Assembly: GCA_964035545.1 (NCBI GenBank) | Contig: OZ037771.1 | Location: forward strand, 2,491,628 to 2,555,627 | DNA from: Bugula neritina | Taxonomy: Eukaryota > Animalia > Bryozoa | Reading direction: 5' to 3' | DNA length: 64,000 nt | In this document: one piece after another, positions 13,681 to 26,953 of the stretch | Numbering within the stretch: the first letter of the stretch is position 1 | Layout: each line of letters opens with the position of its first letter | Made by a program: the position numbers and the translations under genes | The notes under the pieces: generated by a model | What the model was told of the DNA's origin: nothing | The model's input: the letters and a program-made list of their open reading frames with translations, nothing else | The model's database searches: none

Positions 13681-14435
13681 AAACATGCTTTCATAACACA
13701 ACATATTGCAGCTTTAGTAAAACTGTGAAGTATTTTATGTCTAATCCTTATAAGCAAATAAAATACAGTGTGCATTATATATATATGTGAATGAAAGAAT
13801 GAAATATCCACAATAATTTACAAACTGTAGATGCCAGTGCGAAAAATATAGTATAATAATATTATTATGCTATTATGCTCAAAAGAGGTAACTGGTGGCT
13901 ATCTATCACTAGTGACTATTACTGGCTACTATTACTAGCAGCTAGCTAGTGTTAGTAATCATACAATGGGTGGTGTGTGCTGGACATGTTGTGTCTATAA
14001 AATATAATGAGTCATTAACTGATGATGAAAGACTGAAATCTTAGTGCCTTGGTTGCGTTTTCATAGTTGCGTCACTCAATCTCTACGACTACTATGACCA
14101 AGGAGAGTTAAATTCTACCTAGATGTATATCTCCTTTCAATTTTAGCCCTAACCTATTGGTATTGTGTTTATTGAAACTTTATAATAAGGTGTGATGCAG
14201 TACTTAGATAATCAATTACCATACACTTGGGCTCAATCAAAAGGCTGTGTATTCATCACTTGATATTGCTTATTCATAAGCTTCAGTTCATTCACCTGAA
14301 CATAGGGAGCATTGCGAGCATTAGTAGTTGTGAGATAGCAGGCATTGGGAGTAAGGTTGTCACACGTACAGCCCTCTTGTATCTTGTCCATTCTGAAAGA
14401 TTATATTAACAAATCTGGTCAGACATTTCTAAGAA

Positions 14436-17400
14436 ATGGCCAGCAGCAAAAGGAGTAACACGTCAGCTTTTCACAAATCCTCTGTATCGTTGGACCTGGA
14501 CCCATACAGCTGGCATAGGTATAAAGAGCATGGTGTACATCCTAAACCTAGACTGGTTCGAAGTCCTTTGTACATAGAGGGGAGTCACCAACACCATTAC
14601 AGTCATAGTCGAAGTGGGTCAGGTCAGTCTAATTAGAAGTCTAGTATGGCTATAAACACAGATTATACCCAAAATATTATACTAATGACTGCTAAAAAGT
14701 TGCTGCCAAAATTCTAGTAATATACAAACATCCAAATCGAAATTCGATACCATAATACTGCTTGATAAATTTGCCATTCTGCAATTACATTGCCTTTGTG
14801 TATCTCAAACTTTGACTTTTAATCTTAAAGAAATTCATGTGGTTATAACCAATAACTTGCAGCAATCCAAACAATTGATAATTCTTTGCTAACTGTGATC
14901 CAAAAACCTTGGTAGCCTAAGAGAAAACTCTTCCCCTACAGAATATTGTTCCCTTTGAACTTAGTGGATGACTGGCTAGACGGGAATGAGTCACAGCATG
15001 AGGGAGAAATTTACAGACAATACAGTAGAAATGAAGTTGAATCAAACTTTACTTTAAAAAATCATCAAAAATTTAAACGTACTAATGAAGTCAGCTTTGC
15101 ACAAAGTTTACCCACAAATCATAGAATTCAAAAGAACAGGTTGAAAAAGACTCAAAGACCCAGGCGATGGTACGGATTTAACTTACCATCTTCAGAGCGC
15201 CTTAGAACCAGAAATTTTCAGGTTAGGTTGATAAAGCTCTATGCCTTCTAACGTTGAATTTCTGTGTTGGATAAAAGTTTTTCAAAGTAAAGGCTACATG
15301 ATATGTGTTCACATACTTCTTTATCAAATTTAATATGAGTTGAATTATATATTATTTGTATACTTTTGACTAAATTGCAGTCTCTACAAAGTTGTTTTAA
15401 ATTACTTTTTGATTGAACTTCTCATAAAAATGCTCGTTTCTGAAGTTTTTAGCTGGTATATTGTTGATTATTTGGGAGAGATGAACAAATTCATTTTCTC
15501 TCAGTTGTAAAAAAAATATTCAGGTTATATATTTACACAATCATGTAAGAATCGTATTGCAAAAGTGTCTAAAAACACTGTATAACTTGTAGAATATTAT
15601 GGCGTATACAATGCACTCTAAAGTTTAAAGCGGAGTAGAATTATCAATTGATATTATAATAACTCTGCGTTTTGCTATCACAAAACAATACTAATTTGAT
15701 TATATAGTTGCCAAACCTGGAAGACAGTAAGAAGGCAGGAATTCTTCTTCAAAGACATCATAGTAGCAATGAAGACTTCATTGTGTCATCAGGTCTTATC
15801 GTTAGAGGTTTTACTGAGAAGACAACTTCACACGGACTACCACACGCATACTTTGCCTCAGGTATTATGTTCTAGATTACTAAGAGTTCAAGGAAAAGTG
15901 ACATTGATTAATGTCTACAGCTATTTTTACCTGAATAGCTCCAAAAATTAAAAAGTTTTGATTATGAGTTTTTCCAAAAATTGAGCACCATTATAGTAAT
16001 TTCTACAATTTACAGAATGTACCTGTTTATATCTATTCATGATAGAATTATTTCAGGTCTAAATTACAATGGTGGATATTATATATAAATACTATGTACA
16101 CTTGCTGCAGGAGTACTGAAGAAAATTGTATGGACCCTCATATCTCTAGCAGCTCTGGTACTGCTCTCTCTTCACTTGTTCAGACTCATACAGAACTGGA
16201 AAGAGGCTGAGGTGAGCACAAAGTTGATATGGAACCAGACTCGCTCTCTCGAGTTTCCTGGTAAGCAAGTGTCTGGGTTCTTAGCAGTATTTGCATAGCT
16301 TGCGATTATAAAATGATTCGGCCCCCCCTCCTTCCCCACTGAGGTTTAAACCCAGCACCTCCAGCTTACAAGTCGGCGCGCTAACCATTACACCACAGAG
16401 CCTACTGGGTAAACTCAACACTGCAACAATGTTATTTTCCACTGAAACATAAAGCCCTGGAATGGCCAAGGTTGTTTTTATGTGTCCCAGCAGTTCAGCC
16501 ATTAGTTTAAGCCACACCCATTTTTTAAAGGGCAATGACTATTACTGTAGTCCTCGATCCTTGCCTGGCCACTACATAAACTAATAAGTTATTAAAATAC
16601 TATTTATTATTAATATTTTCTTGCAATTATTAATTTTTTAGTTCAATTTTAATAGTTTTCATTCACCTTGCAAAGTGTAGTTGAAAAGGAACAAAATATA
16701 TGTGATGACAGCTTAGGACGAGTAGAATAGCTATTATATAGCAGTTAGCCATATGCTATACTGAAAAAGTTGAACCTTAAATAATTATACTAAAAAAGTT
16801 CCTAAAACTGTGGCGTAATATAAAAAAACTGATTAAAAAGGTTTTCAAAATTACACACCTGCTGATACTAAAACAAGGACCTAATATACTCAGTGAATGG
16901 CACGAATTAGTTTGTGTCAAAATGTGTTTTTAGATGCTTTATGAACTTTTAAAAATGCATCACAATTTTAAAAATGCTTTTATGGAAGACAGTATGTTAT
17001 GTATAAAATGAGTTATTCAATATTCTGGCAGATATAAGATCCAATTGCTGTTACTTGTTGTTTATCTAACTTCTTAGATTGTTTGATGATGACTAAATGA
17101 ATTATATTCAAACACAGTTATGATGATTTATCATAAGCAGGCTTAGCTGGGAGTATGTAAACATTCACAGCTCCAAGTCAATTAATAATAATATTTCATG
17201 TGACAGTAAATCAACCCATATGTTTCACAAGCAATTAGTATTATTCGTCTGCTAAATCGTTGATTATAAATGTTGATTTTATTTCTGGTTTTTGATATTA
17301 CAATCATCATTAGTTATATAATGTTTAAAATGTTGCTATACATTTTTTTGATATTTTTTAAAAATATGTAATCACAATAACTTTTATAAAAATAGAAATT

Positions 17401-20400
17401 TAAATACTTGCCAATCTGAACACATTGCATACGTATTATATATTCTACATAAACAAAAAGTATGCATTTGAAAGAATTTCTTTAACCAAAAGCAATAAAA
17501 GATTAGTGTCCTCCATGCATCCTTTAACATTACATCATGGTTTATTCACAAAGCACTTTTACCTGTCTACAACATTAAATTAATTTTCTAGATGCATCTA
17601 TTTTATACTAGATAAATTCTGCAGGTATCAAGTATTCTAATGATACAAAGCAAGTAGATATTTACAACCATCTTCTGTTGTGTGATGTTTCAGCCATTAC
17701 TATATGCAACTACAATCCGCTAAAACTCTCTGCCCTGGACAAGCAGCTAAGCCTGAAATCTTTAGTGGAGAACTCTACAAACACAGCAAAAACTAAAGGG
17801 GGCAGTCAAAGAAACCTCTTAAGAAATAGTTTAATAAAGCAGCTGGCTACAGGTATATCAAAACTATTTTAAACTACTATAATATTATTGTAGCTCTAAC
17901 TTATTTATAAGTATTGTTTCTGTTTATCCTAATTTAATTTTTAGTTTATACCATTTACGTTTATTATTAACTTTTAGCATATATTTACCTGTGGCTATAA
18001 ACACTAGCCAAAAATATTTAATCATACACAAAGCATATTTGCAAATTGATTTTGTTGGTATAAATATTTTATGCTTGCAAGCTTTTCTGGAATATAGGCA
18101 ACCGATTTCAAAAGTTTAGGCAACAAAAACCAATTTTGAATGAAAATCTGAATGCAACCCTCACATAATATCTTAAAATCAATACTTTTAAGAGGCTTGC
18201 TTCATTCCTAATGAAATGTAAAAACATTTTTATTATAATAAATTGAAATTTTAAACTGCTGAGTATCAATTTAAGTTGTAGTTTCCTTTCCTGATTTCCG
18301 TTTCATTTATGCAATGTCATATGCCACAAGGCATAGCAACTAATTATTGATTATAATACAGTAGTTTCTCTTTAGCTGTCTAATTATACCTCTTATCTCA
18401 AAGAGTTTTAAAATCATTAACCAAGTTTTATTAATACAAGTTGTTAGACATCTTTGACCTTAATTGGAGTAGATCTGCTCATGAATATAAACAGTGAATT
18501 TATCCAGTACTTATAAATTATTGATCTGATTATTGATGTTTTATACACAATATTCACTACAACTACCACTTGCTGTAATCTGTCAAAATATTTTTATGAA
18601 ACACAAAACTTGAGCAACTTAGCTTAGTACACACTTAGCTATGGTGAAAAACTTACGAAAGCATATTTGACTAAAACTAAACTAATTTAATCTAATATCA
18701 ACATTGGAAATAATATAATTCTACGCTTACAAAATGACAACATTATGATTTCATTATAAAAATATACAGAATATGGCATTTATTGAAGTATTTGTGCTTT
18801 TATTTTTATATCATCATATAAGCTGGTTTGTTTGCAGAGTACATTTCACTGTCAGATGAGGAGTTTTCTGTCCTTGGACATAACATATCCGAGATGGTGA
18901 TATTCTGTTCATTTCACGGGGAGGAATGCGAGCCAAATGACTTTACATATTTCCGAGATCCTCGCTATGGTAACTGTGTGACCTTCAACTCCGGGGTCAA
19001 CTCTGAATCAGCGGTGATGAAGAAAACATCAGTTGCTGGCCCAGACTATGGTGAGCAGTAGATGAAGAGCGAATAACTCCTTGAATGAAATTTTGACAAA
19101 GTCAGTTTAACGTGAAAATTTTTATTCATTCATGTCAATTTATTAGCGGCTTCAAGTTGTTTTGTCATATTTTAATTATTATTTTTTTTAGATTTAAATA
19201 GCAAACTTTCAATTTTGATTTTTAATTGCTATTTTAAACTTTATAGTAGATTTACAAATATATTTACTGTACTATTTTATATATAAGTTTGTTTTACGAA
19301 AACAAATTGTGAAAGTAGATTTTCTCTGCAAATTAAGTACATAAAGTGAAGCTAAAAATGATAATTAAACACTTTATTTTCTATCTGGAAAAGTTTGCAA
19401 GCATGATATGGAAAACATTTATCAAAGTTGTAGAGTCCAAACTACTTATAGGTCTGTCGGTAGTGGTGTACTTGGAACAGTTTGATTACATTCCACTGCT
19501 GACGGAAGCTGCCGGGGCTGTCGTTGTCATTCACAACCAGACGGTGATGCCTTTTCCTGACCAGAATGCAATTTCATTGACAGCTAACACTCTGGTGAAC
19601 ATCGGCATAAACAAGGTAATTAGGAAAGATATTTACTGATAGTTTATTTTACCAGGTAAAAGAGTATTAATAACAAGGGATGCAATACATACAAATTTGA
19701 ATTTCAATAAAGTTGACCTGTTCAATCATAATATTGAGATATATTCCAAAAATGATATATCTAGAGGTTTTCTGTCAAATTTTAATGACCCTCAACATTT
19801 TCAATTTATTAAAAGCCTAATAATAAAATGTCACACTTTGCTTAGCATATGATGGCAACTCTAACTTTAACAGTTATGATAAAAGTATGAATATAAACAA
19901 AGAGCAAATTCTTTTCCACTTGCTTGTAAATGCACGAGTAAGATTTGGCCATTGACATAACCATGGTAGAATTGTATTTAAAATTGTTCAAATAAAGCAT
20001 TGAGATTGGTCCAGCATTATTTATCTTTACTTTTAAGCTTTACAATTATACTGTCAATACTATACGTACAGTATAACAGCATAATATATAATATTATATA
20101 ATATTATGATGCACATTATATGATACAATATATAATATATTTTATACTGTGCTTATATATAATTATATGATATATAAAAATATATATGTAGTATATTATA
20201 TAATTTAATATATAATACAATATATAGTATAATATATAGTATATTATAAAATATTTATTATAATATGTAGTATATAATGTATTTCTAGAAAGTTCATCAG
20301 AGAATCTCTGGGAAGTATGGAACATGCACTCCCTCTGGTGATAATAGCAATAACATTTACAAAGAAGAATATGGTGTAAGTGTATTATAATGTATATATC

Positions 20401-20598
20401 ATTATTATTATTGTGTCATAAAGCACTTGCAATGGTGTGATGGGAAAATAGCCATTTTATTAAAATAGGATGAATTAGTGAAGATGAAATTATATTATGT
20501 TATATTGCACATATTGCAATAATATATTTTATCATTTTATAATGTGTTATATTAATTCCATTACTATTATATCTTCTACTATATTATCTTATCACATG

Positions 20599-20672
<74 letters not shown>

Positions 20673-23283
20673 TTATAATACTTTATATTACATATAATGT
20701 CATATTATAATATTCTAAGCTGAATGTTATAACATACCAAATTGTAATATATTCCATATTTAATTATATTTAATTACACTATCCTGTATTATAATATTAT
20801 ATGTTCACATTTGTCGTTCACCTTTCACTGCCATGTCACGATCAGGGTGATGGGCAATATATTATATATTTCATCATACTATATTACACTGTGTTATATT
20901 GTATATTTTATTATATCATATTACATTATGATGCAATATATTGTATTACATTATATATAAGATTATACCATATATTTGCATTTATTCGCGTTGAATATCT
21001 GTTATTTATGACATTCAACACTATGTGTGAAGACAATATTAATCTGATCCTTCAAACAGAGAGAATATTCCCTCACAGCCTGTCTAAAGACTTGCTACCA
21101 GAGAGAGACTGTGAGTCAGTGTGGATGTTACCAGTCTTCTATACCTTACACATCAGAGAGCAGCGAGCTCAGTCACACTTCCAATATAACTGTGTGTGAT
21201 GACTCATCTCCAGATGTTGGTAGGTCTCAAGTGTATTATTATTCAGTATTTATTTTCAAATAAAAAACTTATCATTACATTGTGTCAAAATGCATTTGTT
21301 AATCATAAGGATTTTTTTATGCGGATTTTAAATTTTTAAGATTTTAAGCTTTTATAGTGAAAATAGCTAATAAATTTAGCCAAATGTTGTATGACGTTAG
21401 TTTGATAAAATAAACCTCTGCAAATCACAAGAAGTGAACTTATTTAAAGATGAATGTTTCTAATAGATTCAAGAATTTTGTGTTCCTATTTGGCAGGTGA
21501 AAGTTTAACAAATCATATTCACCAGGTTAAATGACTGATGGATAAGTTAATTTTATCTTGCAGAAATTTATAAACCTGTAACTTGTTTTCTATACAGAGA
21601 GGTGTATAAGTCTGGTTAATGAAGAATATGAAGACGGAGTAACTGATTGCAGCTACTGCCATCAGCCATGCTATGAAGAAACATTTGACACCAGATTTTC
21701 ATCAGCCATATGGCCAGCTAATTCATATCTAGTAAATTAATATGTATTAGTAATATATTATAATATAATATTTTAGAGTATAATGCATTACAGTATACTG
21801 CAATGTAATGTAGTGTACTATATAGAGTATAGTATAGTATGACATATTATAGTATAATGTTAGATGATTTTGTTTTAAATAGTTTAATATATAATGTAAT
21901 ATACCACAACATAATAAAGTATACATTATTCATATATATAATGCAAAATGTATAATTATATTGTATTTTATAATATTAAATGTATTGAAATAATATTTAA
22001 TAACTTAGATAAAATTATATAAATAACAGCATTTATTGGCAATTTTATTTGTAAGATTTCGTAGTTATTAGTAAGAACAGTTATTACACATTGCCATAAA
22101 CAAGGATGGAGCTAATATATATACTCATATTTTAGAAATGTTTGGTTACCATAGCTACAGAGTTTAGTCTAGTCAAGCAACATTTCATCTAATATTTACT
22201 GCAGGCTGACTTTGAGAGAGAGCTCAGGGACAGCTACCCTAATATAATAAAAAGTATAGAAAAGAAACTGGACATAGATAATGCAGGAAATTCTGTCTCG
22301 GCAAACCAACAGGCAGCTGGGGTAATTACTTGATTAACCATATTCTGATTTTATAGTTCTACTTATAATAGCACCTGTAAATATATACTCAATATATAAT
22401 ACTGTCACTCACTTTAACATTTAGTATATAGTTAATCTATCTCAAAATTAAAATTCTCTAATTTTTCTGAACTATGTTTTACACACTAGAGATCGCTTTT
22501 GTAACCCTATAATAAATGACATGAACATAAAAGAATTAGTTAATCTAGCAGTTACAGTTTTAAAACTGAACAAAATCAATCATGGCTTACTTTTCTTTAG
22601 ATAAAGGAAATAGCATAGAAAAACGTGTTTTATAGCAGCCTGTTTTAATTTGCCGAGATAAATAATGAATAATTTGTATTATATATAATTAATCTAATAG
22701 TATCATCATCTGAACTGTATATACTAGACTTAATGCCTCTATCTTATAGATAACACAACTGGTTAGGGAGAACTTCCTAAGACTAAATGTTTACTATGGA
22801 GACCTGCAAACTGTAATATATGAAGAAATCTCAATATACGATGACTTTCAGTTTGCCTCCGATTTGGGTGAGTAAAAAGCTGCTTAAAATCGTAAAACTT
22901 ATCAATGGAAGTTTTAAAAACAAAATATTATGTTTCTGAGTTTTTATTCTGACAAGTTTATCATTTTAAGAAAAAGTTCTGGTTTTTGTTAAAATATTTA
23001 AAGTAGAATTTATTTATTGAACAAAATTTTGTATTTTAAATGTATTATACTTTAATATATTTAATATATTTTATTATTATAAATTATAAAACAATGCATG
23101 CTGTCAGCTAACACTTTCATAAACTCTGTGGTTACAGGAGGTTCCTTTGGTCTCTGGGTTGGCTGGTCAGTCATATCGATGGTAGAATTTGTAGAGCTCT
23201 TTCTCGACTTTCTAGTGTTCTTTTGTTATGGAGCATGCACCAAAAAGAAACCCAAAACAGAAGACATTAGAGACAACTCCTAA
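14436..23283 (+). CDS. DEG/ENaC (amiloride-sensitive sodium channel family) subunit, about 681 aa
   Basis: 13 exons: 14436-14622, 14965-15221, 15708-15861, 16111-16260, 17694-17852, 18838 (or 18823)-19050, 19452-19615, 20289-20375, 21060-21219, 21598-21731, 22205-22321, 22750-22867, 23138-23283. Motifs FTEKTTSHGLPH (HG motif), TM1 KIVWTLISLAALVLL, FPAITICNYNP, YGNCVTFN, GPDYGL, Cys-rich thumb CLKTC..CGC..C..PC, and TM2 FASDLGGSFGLWVGWSVISMVEFVE. The first two exons are less certain than the rest. Confidence 0.92.
16330..16402 (-). pseudogene. tRNA-Thr(TGT)-like relic or SINE head in DEG/ENaC intron 4
   Basis: - strand GGCTCTGTGGTGTAATGGTTAGCGCGCCGACTTGTAAGCTGGAGGTGCTGGGTTTAAACCTCAGTGGGG has an A-box, a CT-TGT-AA anticodon loop and a degraded B-box (GGTTTAAAC instead of GGTTCGAAYC). 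The acceptor stem is imperfect, so it is not a functional tRNA. Confidence 0.65.
20490..20980. repeat. AT low-complexity intron tract with (TA)n at about 20600-20670
   Basis: Seen directly; source of spurious YI-repeat ORFs. Confidence 0.9.
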
Positions 23284-24098
23284 TTAGAAACATTTTCGAA
23301 CAGTATTGATGCTAATCATTTTGATTCGCAACTAATACAAGCATGGGCTAACAGATAGAATAGGCTGTTATGATAACAAAATGTCGTTGCATCTTTTACA
23401 CTTACAGTCTGCTTCATTTATCAGATTATAAGTTAAATTATGGTTTACTCTTGTGTATCTAAACGTAAACATAGCTGAATTTATTTTATTGAAAACCATT
23501 GCTCACTGTAGAATATCAATATATAATTTGTTTTACATTCGATTTGATTACTACTTGTGTTTATTGCATTCAAACGTATATTAGATTGAGTACTCATGTT
23601 TTTTCACCTGATTAAAAAGCTATGAAGGTGAACACCGTAACACTGATTATCAATTTGAGTTTAAATATAGCAAAGGTATATGTTGGTCTAACAACTGGTA
23701 GTCACAAGGAGAGACAAATCTAGTTTGTGAGAATAAATTTAAGCATATACAGCTACATTTCCAGTTATGAAAAACCATATAAGAATTTTGTGTGCCAGGG
23801 CTTCATCTCAGGCAATATGAGCACAAAATATCTACAGCAACTGTAGACTGAAAAGTGCATTCCATTCAACACAACAAAAGACAATAAATACTGTACTCTG
23901 ATAATTCCACCGGGATTATTGCATGGATATATTATTATTGAATGTATTATTGAATAATTTAGAAATGGTGCTGATATTACATCCTAGATGTCAATTGCAA
24001 GCTGTTCAGCTTATTAAATTCTACAACATCACAATTTATACCAACAAGGTCTTTTGCGTTTTTTAAAGCATGCTTTTTATTTTAGAAATAACCGAGTC

Positions 24099-25681
24099 CT
24101 ACGTAAATAAGGTGTAATTTTTTAAAAACTCTTTTGTATTAATTAATTTTGAACTGAATAATTTCTTTTGATGGGCAAATAGCTGAAAATTGTCTGCCCT
24201 TGCTTGAGTACTTTTCGTTTCTTTTAGACAGTATTTCAAGATGTGAAGCATTTGTTTCACATCTTCCATGAAATGGCGATACTGGTTCAACTTGAGATTA
24301 TCTGAAAAAATAAGTTATGATTTATACCTATTGTGTTATTCAGCAATGTAATGAATATATCCTTTCTTCATTATTTAACAATAAATTATTCAACCTACAT
24401 GTCAAATTATTGTATAATATACATAAATAGTTTCCCAGTCTAGAAATTATATGCCACGTTACCAATGTTTATGTCAAACAGATCTTGTGGAGCAGCTCTG
24501 CAATTACCCATGTCTTCCTCGTTGCAACTTTCAGCATATCCGTCTGTCCAGTTCAACTAAAAATACGTTGCAAGAAGTAAATTTTCTACACTAATAAGCG
24601 CGTTTATGGCATAACTTTTTTTGCATGCAATCGCATGTATTGTAATTATAAGAAAATAACCATAAAATGTCATTATATCTCCTATATAGTTACCATGAGA
24701 AGTCACAAGGCTGTGTTCAGGGAATGTGGAGAACTTCAACATTATTTACATGTTCTTTTGGTCAAGCTATCTACATATTTTATTATTTACTAGTCTGCAT
24801 AATTTATGTAATGTTATGCAAATTAATTCATCTTGACAGTAACAAATTAGCACCGGCTGTATTGTGCACTCTTTAACCACGTGCTACCATTATAGTCATT
24901 GACAAAAATGGATATATTTTCAATTTCTATTACAGTACAAGCTAAAATTACCAGCTGATTATATAACAGAATAAACAATATAGGAGAAAAAGATATTTCC
25001 ATTGTTAACTTTCACATATAAAATAAAAAAACTGTTCTAAACACTATGCTGCAATATAAAAGCTATAAAAATGATTGAAAGAAGATTAAGTATTTAGAGT
25101 AGCTACATTGAAGTGATAATAAATCCTAATAATTATGAGACCAGCAAAAGGAAGCTTCTGGAATTGAAAGATGCGCATGGAGTGACTTAAAAAGTTTCTA
25201 GTGTAGAAAATATTAATAGATGCAGTGAGGCCTATCCAGGCATAACGTAGCATTTACTAGGTCATTCACTTTTACATCATAAAAACTGGCCACAGCCGTG
25301 ACACAGCACTCCTGCATGTTTTTCAGAGACGTTTGTTAAAATCAATTAAGTTGCTCATTTCATAAAATGTTTTACCTTGCTAACAAGATCTTTAATAAAC
25401 TCATTGGTTTGCTGAATGTTGGTTTCGTTTGTTTGTATGCCACCCATAAAATGCAACGTGAGAAGCATTGTGAGCAAGCAGAAGAGGATGTTGATTAGCA
25501 GAACGAGAGTGTAGTAACATATGATATCTTTTGTGAACTCGCCCATTCTCAGAAGCCTGCTTCCCTCTAACGTGTCCAGAATGGAAGAACGTAAATATTG
25601 AAGTTCGTTATCTTCAAAGTTTGCATCACCATCTCCGTTCCACCGTCTCATCATGTTGATATTTCTTCTCAAAGAGTTCAT
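24099..25681 (-). CDS. Unrecognised 3-exon single-pass membrane protein, 200 aa
   Basis: Exons 25681-25376 (phase 0), 24556-24463 (phase 1) and 24301-24099 join two tracked ORFs through a middle exon, with canonical sites AAG|GTAAAA, TTTTTAG|, G|GTAACG and TTTTTCAG|. There is one hydrophobic span (IICYYTLVLLINILFCLLTMLLTLHFM), followed by NET/NWT/NYT sequons and three Cys. Confidence 0.6.
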
Positions 25682-26787
25682 TGTGATGTTTTAAGTTTAA
25701 CTAAAAATTTTCATAGCTGTTTGTTCACTTTCTGTGATATACATATTTTAAAGCTCTATAAATTTTTTTGATGCTATCTTCTCTTTTTAAGAATTGTTAC
25801 AGTTTTTTTTAAATTCCAAACATTTTCCTCTTTACTAGATTTTCATTATTGCCAGTATGTTTTATTGTACAGCAAATGAATCCTATTAATAATAGCATAA
25901 ATTTAATTAAAGGTAGCAATATCTTAATAAAAACGAACACAACACCCCAGGGTTTAGATTCATAAAGCAATATAAATCAGTAAAAGATGTTTGGTACAAA
26001 TCGAACTTATGACACAATGGTATTTGCTTTACCCCAAAATGATATTATGCATCTTACTTTAAATAAAACCCATCTATTTTTAATAAATAAGACAACCAGT
26101 AGAACCAGTGTAATATTATGGCAAAGACCAATTCACTATAAGTTTCTTTTAAAATGTCAGCCAAATAATATTATAATTATGCAACCTGTATAAAGATGGA
26201 CTTCAGTAACTGTTGGGCCAGCATGTTACTAATTTTAGCCAAGAAGAAAAGTTATTATGATGGTATATGAGTTCGAAAATCTGGACAACAATTACTTCAG
26301 TTGCTTGTCAGGATTTTGCATGTGACCAGTTACAGTGAGTCATTTCATATTCCAGCCTTTTATATATTAAAATAAATCATTAATTCTTATAAATAATGCA
26401 CTAAAAGTTTTCAATTGTTTGGCTATATCCTTCAACAAAATTACGAAAATATTTCTAAAACCAGTTTTTTCACTTTGTATTTGCAAAAAAAGTTTAGCCT
26501 AATTTTTTTCCCCTCCATTTTAATGGATGTCAAACATCAAGCATCGTTGAAAGATCTGCTTCAACATATCTTTGATGTTAGTATTGTTATATATTAGTCG
26601 AATTGCCGGGTCTTAGTACTGCAGCTTTTGCTATCTAACTTCAATAGACAATCTAGATAATTCAAATTAGTATAGAGCAGATGTTGCCATTAGCCAAGTC
26701 ACTACGTCACTATAGACTTCATGATATTCTAATTATTATAACATTCATAGACTACAGTTGAAGGTATATGGGAGATCAATGTGCTGC

Positions 26788-26850
26788 CATGCATGCATTG
26801 ACTCCACTATCTACACATGGTCTAGTAAAAAGAACTGCATTTTATAAAAG
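26788..26850 (+). promoter_or_regulatory. Conserved upstream block with TATA box, copy B
   Basis: catgcattgactccactatctacacatggtctagtaaaaa...TATAAAAG aligns with 37146-37211 upstream of copy C, while the flanks do not align. Confidence 0.5.
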
Positions 26851-26953
26851 ATATTTTAAAAGTAATTAGTGACTGCAGGTACAGGTCGAACTGCTTTCAG
26901 TAAGCAAGTACTTTAATTCTAGTCAACAGATCCACAGAGAAATTTATCTCAAA

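Noticed and set aside
16330-16402. Functional tRNA-Thr gene
   Set aside because: The T-loop/B-box is mutated and the acceptor stem is incomplete; kept only as a relic.
18470-18520. Extra small DEG/ENaC exon (DLLMNINSEFI)
   Set aside because: Poor acceptor context and no phase-compatible donor; exons 5 and 6 join in frame without it.
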